DNA of 64,000 nucleotides, from assembly GCF_006345805.1 (NCBI RefSeq), contig NC_043002.1:18724001-18788000 (forward strand), in the 5' to 3' direction. The notes under the pieces are model-generated. The model did not search any database, was not told where the DNA came from, and saw only the letters and a program-made list of their open reading frames with translations. Below, in pieces: positions 13,353 to 26,833 of the stretch (position 1 is its first letter; each line of letters opens with the position of its first letter). The DNA is from Octopus sinensis. Lineage: Eukaryota. The translations under genes and the position numbers were made by a program.

Positions 13353-13590
13353 AATGAATGTGACTAAATAAGCATTACATTTGGCAGAATAATCTGGAAG
13401 CTGAAGGGCTAAAAGAACCTGCAAAGAGTTGCAGAGCACTGGTGTGCTTTACAAAATATTGTTTTAGTGAAAAAAGAATAACTACAAAGGAGAGACACTT
13501 ATCTAAATCATTAGAGCCAGAAATACATTGAATGTAACACAAAACATGGTTCACAATGAGCTCACATGCTGCAAAGTAAACAGGACTTAC

Positions 13591-13828
13591 TTCTTTTCTG
13601 AACTTTTTTATCAATAGCTGCCATCAGTTCAGCTTTCATTTCTTCGTTAGTCATATCAGGTTTCATTACGTCCAAAAGTTCATTCACACTGTTATTCTTG
13701 TTGACAGCCGGGTCATCATTTGTTGATTCATCTTCCGGGTCTTCGACATCAGGTAACACTTCATAGGTAGTATCTAGTACACTGCCATTTTGCAGTTCTT
13801 TAGTCCCACTCTCATTTTTGTCATTTTC
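13591..13828 (-). CDS. NUSAP1: NUSAP1 coding exon 3
   Basis: ttctgtttttag acceptor; ENDKNESGTKEL...AELMAAIDKKVQKR; A|GTAAGT donor; phase 0/1; overlaps ORF 13562..13759. Confidence 0.88.
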
Positions 13829-13868
13829 CTAAAAACAGAAAATAACTATCTTTAATACTGTTGTCATA

Positions 13869-14244
13869 TCTATATATAAAAGTAAGGTTGTGTGTCTGTC
13901 TACTCCGATTTAGATTCCTAACTACTCCCACATTTTGCGGTGCAGTTTAACCAAAACCGGGTATCTTATAGTCGTGATTCATATCGAGCCCTTCTGGGTA
14001 TTAGCACGCGTCTACGATGAGTCTACGATTTAAAAAATAATTTACCATCATTTTTTCCCATTTTAATGCATATTTTTTAAAGGGAAGTAACTCTCTAAAA
14101 ATGTCTACGATGAGTCAACGATTTAAAAAAAAATTTACCATCATATTTTTTCCATTTTTTATGCATTATTTGGCTATAACTCTCTAAAAATGCTTTATAG
14201 TTATTTCCTTTACAAACCCAAGCAACGCCGGGCGATACTGCTAG
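13869..14244 (+). mobile_element. Non-autonomous Helitron
   Basis: 5' TC, 3' hairpin ccc(a/g)agcaacgccggg followed by CTAG; inserted between A and T. Confidence 0.8.
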
Positions 14245-14275
14245 TTTCTAATAAGAATACATTCTGTTTGGTATC

Positions 14276-14795
14276 CGTGCTAGCGGGGTGCAAAGAGCAC
14301 CATACGAGTGTGATCATTGACAGAGCGGCTAACCGGCTTCCGTACCAGTGGCACTTAAAAGGCAACATTCGAGCGTGATCGTTACCAGCGTCACCTTACT
14401 GGCACTTGAGCCCAGTGCTTGTAGGGTATTAAGAGCACCATCCGAGCGTGATCGTTGCCAAAGCAGCTATCTGGCCTCCGTGCCAGTGGCACGTAAAAAA
14501 CACCATTCGAGTGTGATCGTTACCAGCATCGCCTTACTGGCACCCGTGCCGGTGGCATGTGTAAAAGATTCGAGCAAGATCGTTGCCAGTACTACCTGAC
14601 TGGCCCTGTGCTGGTGGCATGTAAAAGCACCCACTACACTCTCGGAGTGGTTGGTGTTAGGAAGGGCATCCAGCTGTAGAAACTCTGCCAGATCAAGATT
14701 GAAGCCTGGTGCAGCCATCTGGTTCACCAGCCCTCAGTCATATGCCCAACCCATGCTAGCATGGAAAGCGGACGTTAAACGATGATGATGATGAA
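14276..14795 (+). mobile_element. RTE 3' end, diverged subfamily with ~6 VNTR units
   Basis: Variant units (gagcgtgatcgtt(a/g)ccag...) followed by the common terminal segment and (ATG)n. Confidence 0.75.
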
Positions 14796-15042
14796 GACAC
14801 CAGCATGGTTGTGTGGTTAAGAAGCTTGCTTCCCAATCACATGGTTTCAGGTTCAGTCCCATAGTATAGCACCTCAGGCAAGTGTCTACTACAATAGCTT
14901 GGATTGACTAAAGTCTTGAGTGGATTTGGTAGATGGAAACTGAAAAAAGTCTGTTAAGTGTGTGTGTGTCCTTGTCTAATGCCTGACCATAGAAAATCTG
15001 CTTCATTAAATTCTCTCTGATCCATGCAAGAAAGGAAAAGTA

Positions 15043-15295
15043 GGCACGTAAAAAGCACCATCCGATCGTGGCCGTTTGCCAGCCTCGTCTGGCACCTGTG
15101 CCGGTGTCACATAAAAAGCACCCACTACACTCACGGAATGATTGGCGTTAGGAAGGGCATCCAGCCGTAGAAACACTGCCAGATCAGACTGGGCCTGGTG
15201 CAGCCTTCTGGCTTCCCAGACACCCGCTGAACTGTCCAACCCATGCTAGCATGGAAAGCGGACGCTAAACAATGATGATGATGATGATAATGATG
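15043..15295 (+). mobile_element. 5'-truncated RTE 3' end
   Basis: Shared 3' UTR and tail. Confidence 0.8.
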
Positions 15296-15458
15296 AAAGA
15301 ATTATAAGATTTTAATAAAATAATTTAAACTTTCAATTAAAAAACAAACGTTTAATTATTGAAGTGTAATATGTAACGAGATTTCTGCTGAAGATTTGAA
15401 TTTAAATCTGAGCACTTTAACAGAAGCAGTTGTGGGAAGGTATACGTTTAACCTTTAA

Positions 15459-15678
15459 CCCTTTTGTTACTGTATTTCTGTTGAGATGCTCTGAGTTGCT
15501 TTCAATTACTTTAAATATAACAAAGAATTTTTGTAAAATAACTTAGTTATCATTCAGCTAGTGTTGGGAACATAAATTGTGACTAAGGTCTGATGCAAGA
15601 TTTTAATTCAAAACTTATGAAAACAAGACATTTGTACTCAGAGTCAGGGCCGGTTTCAGCCGGTTGGTAATGAAAGGG
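15459..15678 (+). mobile_element. piggyBac-type MITE (second copy)
   Basis: TTAA-cccttttgttact...ggtaatgaaaggg-TTAA; internal sequence matches 7792-8012. Confidence 0.85.
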
Positions 15679-16185
15679 TTAATCCTTTTGTTGAAATAAA
15701 CTGTCTTTGCATCAATTAATTTTGAAAATAAAGAAGAATTCAGTACAACTTTTGAATTCAATGGGTATTTTTATCAATAAAATGAGTGGAAGAATCATCA
15801 AAACCAATAAAGAGCCAATTTACTTACTTTCTCAAAAGTAATGTCACTAAGAGCAATAATACATTGCATCATATTATTATACTTAATGTGTGTAAATATA
15901 TTTGGTGAGTGAATTTCTGTTTTTGTGGGTGAAGGGGAGGGGTAAGTTAAATGGCCACAATTAGTTACAGGTCAATTATAATTTTGATTCTTTTTGGTAC
16001 AGCAGAATGACATTTAAAACAAATGCATCACTCCTGTAAAATCTGGACTTTGATGTTACATTGCTGATAACATAGCTTGTTCCCATTGTAATTCTGATGA
16101 GGAATTAAAATTTTTTTTATATTGTTGAAATTTGGTTAAAATATAAGCATTATACTTGGTTTAAATATATTTTAAAGAAAAATCA

Positions 16186-16562
16186 GGAGTGGCTGTGTGG
16201 TAAGTAGCTTGCTTACCAACTACATGGTTCCGGGTTCAGTCCCACCGCGTGGCACCTTGGGCAAGTATTTTCTACTATAGCCTCGGGCAGACTAAAGCCT
16301 TGTGAGTGGATTTGGTAGACGGAAACTGAAAGAAGCCCGTTGTATATATGCATATATGTGTGTGTGTCTGTGTTTGTCCCCCCAACATTGCTTGACAACC
16401 AATGCTGGTGTATTTACGTCCCCGTAACTTAGCGGTTCGGCAAAATAGACCAATAGAATAAGTACTAGGCTTACAAAGAATAAGTCCTAGGGTCGATTTG
16501 CTCGACTAAAGGTGGTGCTCCAGCATGGCCACAGTTAAATGACTGAAACAAGTAAAAGAGTA
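16186..16562 (+). mobile_element. SINE-A copy
   Basis: Full-length match. Confidence 0.85.
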
Positions 16563-16703
16563 ACTCCCTCCAAGCATTTTCCCAATTGTACTCATCTGTA
16601 AGTTCACAATTCCCATAAAACAGTGTTGCAACTCAGGTTAAGAACCATTACAGGAAAGCATCCTAGATGTAAGCAAGGTTATAACAAAAAGACCAAGACC
16701 AAA

Positions 16704-17160
16704 GCGCAGGAGTGGCTGTGTGGTAAGTAGCTTGCTACCCAACCACATGGTTCTGGGTTCAGTCCCACTGCGTGGTATCTTGGGCAAGTGTCTTCTATTA
16801 TAGCCCCAGACTGACCAATGCCTTGTGAGTGGATTTGGTAGACGGAAACTGAGAGAAGCCTGTCGTGTATATATATATATATATATCATCATCATCGTTT
16901 AACGTCCGCTTTCCATGCTAATATATATATATATATATGTATGTATGTGTTTGTGTGTCTGTGTTTGTCTCCCTAGCATTGCTTGACAACCGATGCTGGT
17001 GTGTTTACGTCCCAGTCACTTAGCGGTTTGGCAAAAGAGACCGATAGAATAAGTACTGGGCTTACAAAGAATAAGTCCCGGGGTCGATTTGCTCGACTAA
17101 AGGCAGTGCTCCAGCATGGCCACAGTCAAATGACTGAAACAAGTAAAAGAGAGAAAAGAG
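16704..17160 (+). mobile_element. SINE-A copy with a short RTE-tail insert in its microsatellite
   Basis: Full-length match; catcatcatcgtttaacgtccgctttccatgcta insert at ~16885-16920. Confidence 0.85.
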
Positions 17161-17227
17161 TATCATGACTCAGTAATCCGAGTAGGATTTTAACATAGAA
17201 CAGCCAAAAGACAAAAAAAATTATTAC

Positions 17228-17539
17228 CTTAAAATCTTCAAAATCAACTGTCTGGTTATGTTCACTTAATTTATCAAGTTCGTCTTCACAATCTTTCAGT
17301 TCTGCAGTGCTATTGCGTTTGTTATGGTCTTCAAGAAAATCACCAACATCGACGGTAATCTGCCGATCAGGATTTTTAACAAATACGATCTCATCATCTG
17401 AAGTATCTCCTGTTTTTTCTGAAGAATTTTCATTAGCAGCTGCATGAAACTCAGCTTCAGGCTGCGACAGCCTACGTGTGTGGTTTGGGTCAAAACCACC
17501 ATTTTGAACTTTCTTGATCTCTCGAATTAATTTGTCAGC
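17228..17539 (-). CDS. NUSAP1: NUSAP1 coding exon 2
   Basis: ttttgttttctttttaacag acceptor; 312 nt open frame ADKLIREIKKVQNGG...TVDFEDFK; AAG|GTAATA donor; completes the SAP-like motif; phase 0/0. Confidence 0.9.
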
Positions 17540-19234
17540 CTGTTAAAAAGAAAACAAAATTGCATATCTCTAAACCATTTAAAAGTGAAAATATTAAATA
17601 ATTAGAAAATTACAACTTCATTTTCTCCTGTTCCCACACACTTCTTCTTACCTTGTACTATGAGGGTCCACCCAAACACCTCATCACCACTATTTTTACC
17701 TCATTCCAGCTTCACCCCAATCATCCTACTCAGTTTTAAAATGCGAGTGGCCATGTAGCTCCTCTACAGCAAAAATACACATTCTTTTCTCCTACCTCAG
17801 GGCCCTTAAGTGTACCACTACATGTTGTAAAATGGTTGATGCCAAGAAGGGCATCCAGCCATTGAAACCAGGCTAAAACAGATAATGAAACAACGCAGTC
17901 CTTAGACTGTCAGAACCAGTCATACTAGACAAACCATGCCAATAGAAACATAGGCATTAGATATGATAGAACATGGAACATAAGTATTAAATGATGATGA
18001 TGCTCCCAACCAAAGTTACATTTCACTACTGAACCTTCAAATAGGAAAAACATTTTTCCGGTAATTGCTGTGATAAAGGTTAGTTAAAGAAACATTTTTC
18101 TCCTTCAGATTTCACAATATTCATTGGTTATGTATTTGTTCTAATTATTAATTAGGTTTATATCATCAACATTTAATGCCCATCTTCCATGCTCATATAG
18201 TTTGAAAGTATTGAATGAGCCAAAGGACTGCATCCAGCTTCAATGTCTATTTTCACATGGTTTCTATGGTTGGATGTCCTTCCTAATGTCATTCACTTCA
18301 CAGCGTGTAAGGTGTGCTTTTTGCATAACACAGGCACTAACAAGTTCACCAAGTAACTCACAAGAGACTTAGTAGGAGTGTAGTAAAGAGGGAGGTGGCT
18401 TTATGCCAGGCTTGAAGTACAATAGTGGGACAGGCACAGGGGTTTTGCTATAAAGGAGATACATGGCTAACCCTGCATTATATAAGGGTTAGTGGGAAGA
18501 CAATGACAGAAGTGATACAGATGGTGACTATAAGAGAGAATACAAGGAATCAAGAATGGTAGGTGGATAAGTTCATTAGAGTGTAAGAGGAGAGTGACAG
18601 TTAGTCAGAGATGGGAGTAAAAGTGAATGTAGTGAACAGAATAAGGGTTTTTAGCAACTGGCACATTTAGTTTGTGGATAAAGGCACTGCTAATGCCTTC
18701 CTTTCCACTTATCTCAGCCAGTTAATTTAGGGGCTAAGGACCAAGTACCAAGCTTTTGAGAACAGTTGCCTCCAATATTCAAGCAACCAATGTAGAAAAA
18801 TAAAATAATCTCCCCTGAACGCTAGAAAAACTAGAAATTATTCCAAAAAGTGGAAAATTGTTCAGCCCCAGGTTAGTCCTAATCAGACTTATCAAGGCAA
18901 ACCAGCTACAACAATCGTTCTCCACCCTTCAAACATATTGTACCCAAGGCTAAATTATTTGTGTTGTTTCTTTTTGTTTTGCTCCTCATCCTGTTAAAGT
19001 TGGTCAACCAAAATATACTCTGTTCAGGAGATATATGCTTTCACTATCTGACTTAAAAGACCAAATCAGTATTGTCTATACTAGCAAATCTACCCATCTA
19101 CGATGGAGGCATAACAGCAGTATGTATTAAGAAAGAAATGTGTAAATGGACTTGATAGATTCCTGGGTGATGTCTTAGAGAAATCACATTATCGTTGGTG
19201 ATACAGCATTCTATTACAGCTATATGACATGTCT

Positions 19235-19616
19235 TTTACTCTATTACTTGTTTCAGTTATTTGACTGTGGCCATGCTGGAGCACAGCATTTAGCCAAGCA
19301 AATCGACCCCAGGACTTATTCTTGTAAGCCTAATACTTATTCTATCAGTCTCTTCTGCCGAACTGCCAAGTTACAGGGACATAAACACACAAGCATCGGT
19401 TGTCAAGCAATGTTGGGGGGACAAACACAGACGCACATATATACGACAGATTTCTTTCAGTTTCCGTCTACCAAATCCACTCACAAGGCTTTGGTCGGCC
19501 CGAGGCTATAGTAGAAAACACTTGCCCAAAGTACCACGCAGTGGGACTGAACCAAGAACCATGTGGCTGGTAAGCAAGCTACTTACCACACAGCCACCCC
19601 TACGCCTAGGAGTGAT
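19235..19616 (-). mobile_element. SINE-A copy
   Basis: Reverse-strand match. Confidence 0.85.
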
Positions 19617-19797
19617 GGCGATTCACTCCTGAACTGAAATAGGCTCCCACCCTCTGTATCATGAACAGTTATGTGGACCACTCCTAACGAAAGTCAGACC
19701 TCCCTCGACTACTACATAAAGGTATTAAGATGGGGAAATCCAGAGTTAAGCCTAGTAGCAGGGATCTTAACAAAAAAAAAAAAATCAAAAGTTAATA

Positions 19798-20357
19798 TCC
19801 ACTAAATAATCATACTTTTTCACATTTTTTCCTGATTACCTCCTTCGTAATCCTGAAAAATATCATGGCCATTGGTGTAGCCGTTTGACAGTGAAAGGGG
19901 AACAGGCAAACAGACGGACATAACACCCGTTATAGTAAGAATTGAGTTACTTCCCTTCGCTTTTTTATTAATTATCTCCCCCTTAATTATTATTTACTTT
20001 TTTTTTACACTCGTAAACTGAACAAACCTCCAATATCCACGAAATAATCATACTTTTTCAAATTTTTTTTCGCTAAAACCCTTCCAGATTACCTCCTTCA
20101 TAATCCCGAAAAACATTGTGACCACAGGTCAAGCCGTTTGACCAGGAAGAGGGTACAAACAGACAGACGAACATAACGCCCATTATAGTAAGACATCCAC
20201 AACCATAAATAATCATACTTTTCCACTTTGTTTTTCACTAAAAAATTCCTGATCACCTCCTCCAAGGAAAACATCATGACCATTGGCCTAGCCGTCTAAC
20301 CGGGAAGAGGGTACAGACAGACAGACAGACGGACATAATGCCCATTATAGTAATATC
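19798..20357 (+). mobile_element. Tandem of ~3 diverged Helentron-associated (HINE/DINE-1-like) units
   Basis: Repeated aaataatcatacttt...gccgtttg...acagac(g/a)gac...cccattatagtaa block; family assignment is inference. Confidence 0.5.
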
Positions 20358-20860
20358 ATCTAAATATTTCAATCAACTCGTTGTATTGGAGTTACCTCCC
20401 TTGTTTTAAAATTTTTCTGTAGATCAAATTTTTGTCAACTAAATTGTATTTTTCAACTGTTAGTAGTCCCTATTATTTTTGTATTTCGTATGGATTATGA
20501 TTGATGCAATCCACTAATATAGAAAACAGTGTCTGGAGCCAATAACAAAAGGACATTGAAGTCTGGAAGTATATTTTGAACACCATAAGTAATATTAGGA
20601 AATATAGTATATATATTCAATAATTATCTTTTATCAAATAATTTTGGTCTTTATAGAAAATAATGAAGTGAATATAAATTTTCAAAAGTAAAATACTATC
20701 TTAAATTGAATAAAACTGATTTCTCATTTGCTATGGCTCCTCCCATAATAGGGAAACTGAAACCAAAGTCCACTGTGTGTGTGTGTGCATCTCTTTGTCT
20801 GGACATTGCATGGTAGGTGTAAATGAGAGTCACCGTCATACAAGCAGTGCCAATCATCTA

Positions 20861-21419
20861 TTGGGTTGTCCGGAAAGTTTATGCCGATTTATAGCAGCTT
20901 ACCTTTCGACTTATTTTAGAACATGGTTGAGGCCATAAAATAGGATTTTACTACACCTCCATTTAGAGCACAGTTTAAGCTATCTTCGTGGAAGAAGGTT
21001 TATGTTCCTATAACCTGTGTTAATTCTGTAACCCTTTAAAATGGAAGAAAGTTCATTTACGGCACTTGATGCTTTGGGAACCAGACAAAAATTGCAGCAG
21101 CTCGGCTGAGATGTGTTACCCCATCCTCCATATTCACCAGATATTGCTCCTTCGAATTTCCACTTATTCAGGTCTCTGCAGAATAGTCTTAATGGTAAAA
21201 ATTTCAATTCCTTGGATGACGTAAAAAGATACCTTGATGAATTCTTTGCCATGAAACAACCTCAATTCTGGGAAGAGGGTATTTTCAAGTTAAAAGAAAG
21301 ATGGAGATGCATTGTGCAACAAAATGGTTTATATTTGGTTGATTAAAATTGTAATGGCAAATATTTATTGACCTTTTTCTTTCCTTTAAAAATCGGCACA
21401 AACTTTCCGGACAACCCAA
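20861..21419 (+). mobile_element. Internally deleted mariner (559 bp) with intact TIRs
   Basis: TA-ttgggttgtccggaaagttt...aaactttccggacaacccaa-TA; ORF PHPPYSPDIAPSNFHLFRSLQN...KERWRCIVQQNG is a mariner transposase C-terminus. Confidence 0.92.
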
Positions 21420-21654
21420 TACATAAACGTGTCTGGTCATGAGGAACTAATACTTTGCTTGGAAACAATTGGTGGTTGGTGATAGGAACCATACCCAGTT
21501 GTAGAAAATTTGCTTCAATAAATTCCATTCAAACATGAAAAAGTGGACAGTAAAACAGTGATTATGAAATCAACATCAATACAACTTAAGTTGGGATGAC
21601 TTTCATTTTGGTCAGAATAGTTTGCAGTGTATAACAATCATAGGATGAGTAAGT

Positions 21655-21845
21655 TTTGGAAGTATTCAAAAAGTATCTCACCTTTGGGTATGAAAAAAAC
21701 AATTTTGTACATTTCACAAATTTTATTTTATCACCTTCAAAATATTCCCCTTGAGAGTTCACACACTTCTCCCCGTGGTTCTGCTTATGTTGGTAACACC
21801 TCTGGAATACCTTCTCTGGAATGATATGGAGCTCTGTCATCACTT
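21655..21845 (-). mobile_element. mariner transposase C-terminal remnant
   Basis: LHIIPEKVFQRCYQ...EKCVNSQGEYFEGD. Confidence 0.75.
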
Positions 21846-22639
21846 TAGTGTATTCTGTGACTAATCTTGCAGTCCTATTTTCACTTTAATTTATATCCCC
21901 ACCCCCACCCCTGAAACATACCATGTTGACAATACGTGCTCATTAAGCTGGTGAAATGATCATCTGCACCAATGATTGACATAACCCTATGTTGAGATTT
22001 CAGTTTTAACGGATCATCAGTGGCAGCTTAGCCTTGTATCAAATGCCGAAACTAAGATCAGTCAGACCAATATAGCATAATAATGGTCAAACAGTCAGTG
22101 GTGTTGCAAAAAGTCAGTGAGCTACTAATAAATTATTTGCAACAGTAGCACATCCAGCATCAAGTGGATATGTCCACAAGTTAAATCAATATTTGTTTTC
22201 TTCATATAAAATAAATTTACACTTCTGGGTTCTCTGGAACAACTCATTGTTTTATATGTACATTGTCTAACCCCAGGTCAGCAATGACCATCTTGTCTAG
22301 GATGTAATTTGATAGGATTTGGTTATTATTTGTAGTAGGTCAAGTGATTACATACAGGCTCCCCTTCAGTAAACTTACACAAGTGTACCGTCCCCAATGT
22401 GTTTTCTTATAACTTCTAGAAAAATAGATATTTCTTAATAAAATTTTCTACAAATATACCTCAGATGCTGCAGATTCTGATATCAGTTTGTTGTGGAAAA
22501 AAATTTTTCCGAGGATGGGGAAAGGAATTTCGGAAAATTCACACAAGTTGGCTTTGTTTCCTCATAATGATAAAAAAAAATGGGTGTTTTTTCATGAAAT
22601 TTTCAACTAATAGGACTTACTGTCATATTCAAATTCAGT

Positions 22640-25600
22640 ACATGGCACTAATTGAATACATAAGACAACACGATATAGTCATATGCAGTACATATAGCCT
22701 ACCGGATGCTCCAAACCACATAGGCAAGTTTGAAGATTGCCTCAAGAATTAAAGAAATCCTCATGAAACTGGAACACCACATGCTCGTATTTCTTATGGG
22801 TGATTTCAATTTCACCAATGCCAAAAGGCCCAAAGGCCTCATGCTGTCAGGAATGACCCACTGCAAACAAGCACAGGTGGGGGTCCCTGTTCAATCTCAG
22901 CAATACCCTATTCATGGAGCAAGTTGTACTCAGACCAACTAAGGTGAATAACATTTTGAATCTCTGTTTCACAAACAATATTGACATCATTCATGATGCC
23001 GACACTGGCTTCGGATCACAAAATAATAGAGCTGTCTATGTATGGACCAAAAGTAGCCAGAGACATACAGTCTAAGGAAAGCACCCAAAATCTCTCCAAT
23101 CTGAACTTCCAGAAAGCAGACTGGAAATCGATACAAAAAGAGATCCTCAGACAAGACTGGCTGAAATGCCTCTCCATACCAGACATTGGCCCGAAACTAG
23201 AATGTTTTACGTCTGTTATGCAAACCGCATAACAGACATGAAATATTCTAGTTTCGGGCCAATGTCTGGTATGGAGAGGCATTTCAGCCAGTCTTGTCTG
23301 AGGATCTCTACACCTACCATGCGATGTCCAGACAAAGAGATGCACACACACACACACAATGGACTCTGGTTTCAGTCTTCCTATTATGGGAGGAGCCATA
23401 ACAAATGAGAAATCAGTCTTATTTAATTTAAGATAATATTTTACTTTTGAAAATTTGTATTCACTTCATTATTTTCTATAAAGACCAAAATAATTTGATA
23501 AAAGATTATAATTATAGTATATATATACTATATTTCCTAATATTAATTATGGTGTTCAAAATATACTTCCAGATTTCAATGTCCTTCTGTTATTGGCTCC
23601 AGACAGTTTTCTATATGCCAGAAATATATCCCAGGGTACAAGGCCAACACAAAAAGGAACAAGATTCCAAGGAAGAGGAAGATCCTCATAAGACGACAGA
23701 TGAAGATTGCAAATTGTTTCAACCAACATTCCAAAAGTAGTGAAAGGTCCAGCCTAAAAACAACACTGATGGAGATTGAAAAAAGGCTGCAACAATCCTA
23801 TGTGAGGGAGAGAGCAGACAAAGAAGCCTGGGTTATAAAAAACATCAAGTCAAACCCAAAGACCTTCTTTCATTATGCCAAAGAAACAGCCTCAAGTACA
23901 CTGCAAAATAGGATCTCTCTTCTAAAAGGATGGATCTCTCACAGATTGTCCAGCCAGGATCAGTGAGGTACTGAATGACCAATTCAAAAGTGCCTTTATC
24001 ACCCCGTTGGAACACAGACAAGTGAATGAACCAGTAGATTTCTTTGCCACCTCACTTATAACCAGCAAGGCAGTTACGATGGATTACATCGACATTAGTG
24101 AAGAAGATATACTACTAGCCATAGATGAGGTGGACGCAAACTCAACTGCTGGTCCTGATGGTTTCCCAGCAATCCTCCTCAAATTGTGTAAGCATGCCCT
24201 GGCAAAACTACTACAGATTCTCTTCCAGAGCTTTTTTGCAAATGGAAGGGTACCAAGAAAATGCCAAAAACTATAGGGCTATCTCTCTGACTTCACACAT
24301 CAGCAAAGTCATGGAACGGATAGTCCAAAAAAAAAAAAAAAACTAATTGCATTCCTTGAAGAAAACGACTTGCTGAGTGACACCCAATATGGCTTTCGTC
24401 CAGCTAAGAGCTGCCTGACCCAGCTCTTGCAGCACTATGACTGGGTGTTGAGGCAGTTCCTCATCAACTCAAATATGGATGCAATATACCTTGATGTTGC
24501 GAAAGCTTTTGATAAAGTGGATCATGCGTGATCTCAGCATAGCTGGAAAACTTGTGGAGTGGTCTCATGACTTTCTGAAAGATAGAAGTCAGGTAGTAGT
24601 GGCTAATGGAGCCACTTCAATGAAAACACAAATAGTGAGCAGTATTCCATAGGGCACTGTCTTGGGACCACTCCTTTTCATAGTGGCCCTCTCAGATATG
24701 ACCTCAGCTGCCCAGATAGCCACCCTTGCTAGCTATGCAAGTGATATGAAAGTCTCACAGAAAATACAGAACCCCAGCGGTTTTACACACCTGCAGCAGG
24801 AGTTAGACTCAATTTATAGATGGGCTAAGGACAATAATATGCTGTTTAATGCTGAAAAATTCCAAGCCCTGTGCTACCAGCATCCAAAACTGAATATAAA
24901 ACTTACAGGGTACACTTGTCTACAGGGGATTACAGGGACCTGGGTATTGACATTAGTGATGATACCTCTTTCCAAGAGCACATTACCAGGATGGTAGACG
25001 ACTGGCTGACTGGATCCTAAGAAAGTTCAGAACTCTGGAGGATATTCGTCCTCAGCCGCCAGGATTACTGCTCCTAGCTATGGTCACCCAAAGTGTAAAA
25101 TTAACAGCGGACCATGAAGCAATCCAATGAAGCTACACAAAGGAGATCATCTCGTTGCAACAGCTCAGCTACTGGGAAAGGCTGAAACAGCTAAGACTAC
25201 TCCTTGGAGCGAAGGCAGGAGAGGTATGCAGTAATATATATCTGGAAGATCCTGGAAGGAACTGTGCCAAATTTTGGCATTGAAAGCTACGCAAATGCCA
25301 GACTGGGTCGACACTGCATAGTGCCAAAGATCCCAGCAATGCCATCGTGCTTCAAGACCAGTTTCTGCAACAACCCGGGTTTCACGGGACTACAGCTTTT
25401 TAATATTCTCCCAAAGAGCCTGAGGGACCTACACCAAATGGATGTAGGTGTTTTCAAATCAAAACTGGATCTCTTCCTGTCCAGAGTCCCTGATGAACCT
25501 ACCTCGTGGCAAGAGGTGCAAATGAGGGTAGCTACATCAAACTCCCTTATACACCCAATGCCACATATTAGAGAAAGCTCTCAATAATAACAGTGTAGCA

Positions 25601-25656
25601 AAACGGCAGTGTCCCAGCATGGCCACAGTTTTGAGCTGAAACTATGAAAGAAAAAG
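22640..25656 (+). mobile_element. Degenerate CR1-group (CR1/L2/Crack-like) LINE, EN-RT
   Basis: Broken frames with LMGDFNF, SDHKII, GPDG..A.LLK, YRAISLTS..SKVMER, LGPLLF and ERRQERYAVIYIWKILEG...LFNILP; interrupted by a templated insertion at 23227-23612. Confidence 0.85.
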
Positions 25657-25927
25657 GATGTCAGGGGAGACAAACACAGATACAGACACATACATATATA
25701 GGATGGGCTTCTTTTAGTTTCCACTCACAAGGCTTTGGTCAGCCCATGGCTATAGTAAACGACACTTGCCCAAGGTGGCAAATACGATTAATATTTTTAT
25801 ATATCTTTGCATTAATTAATAAATAATAATTCCTGTGAGTCAATTTGTTGTTCAGTACTTCTCTATTTTCTGTCTTCTTTAAATTTTATACATATATACA
25901 CACGCACACATATTTATATACATATAC

Positions 25928-26155
25928 AGGCGAGTTGGCAGAAACGTTAGCACGCCGGGCGAAATGCTCAGCAGTATTTCGTCTGTCATTACGTTCTGGG
26001 TTCAAACACCGCTGAGGTCGACTTTGCCTTTCATCCTTTCGGGGTCAATAAATAAAGTACCAGTTATGCACTGGGGTCGATGTAGTTGACTTAATCCCTT
26101 TGTCTGTCTTTGTTTGTCCCCTCTATGTTTAGCCCCTTGTGGGCAATAAAGAAAT
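25928..26155 (+). mobile_element. SINE-C (tRNA-like head, gcctttcatcctttcggggtc central domain)
   Basis: 18-bp TSD atatttatatacatatac (25910-25927 / 26156-26173). Confidence 0.88.
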
Positions 26156-26230
26156 ATATTTATATACATATACACACATATTTATATATGCACTTTTGAT
26201 GGAACTGTGCACATGTATATATATATATAT

Positions 26231-26732
26231 AAAACTGTAGTTGTGTGAGTGTCTGTCCCCTTCGATTTAGATTCCTAACTACTCCCACATTTTGCAGTGC
26301 AGTTTAACCAAATTCGGGTATCTTATAGTCGTGATTCATATCGAGCCCGTCTGAGTATTAGCGCGCGTCTACGATGAGTCTACGATTTTAAAAATAATTT
26401 AACATCATTTTTTATTCCATTTTAATGCATAATTTTTCGTGTGTCGATGGCGGCGGAGTTGGCGTCCATGGTCACACCTGCACCTGTTTGCTTCTCCCCC
26501 TTCTTCCCTCCCTCATGAAGCTGTGGGGAAGGGAGTGTAGGGAAATCAACGTCGTAAAGCGTTGTCAAGGAGACCAGCGTTCTTTTAGAACAACAACTTC
26601 ATGGCTTGAAGACACCAAAAAAGAAATGGCTAAGAAAGCCCGAATTGGCATCTATAAGGGAAGTAACTCTCTAAAAATGCTTATATAGTTATTTCCCTTA
26701 CAAACCCGAGCAACGCCGGGCGATACTGCTAG
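26231..26732 (+). mobile_element. Non-autonomous Helitron with extra internal segment
   Basis: Same family as 13869-14244; ends cccgagcaacgccgggcgatactgCTAG. Confidence 0.8.
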
Positions 26733-26833
26733 TATATATATAAGAGATGAAACCACTATTATCACTCAAACAGTGATGACATAAACCAATACATAAATAA
26801 CAAATAATATATATAATTAATATAATATATATA

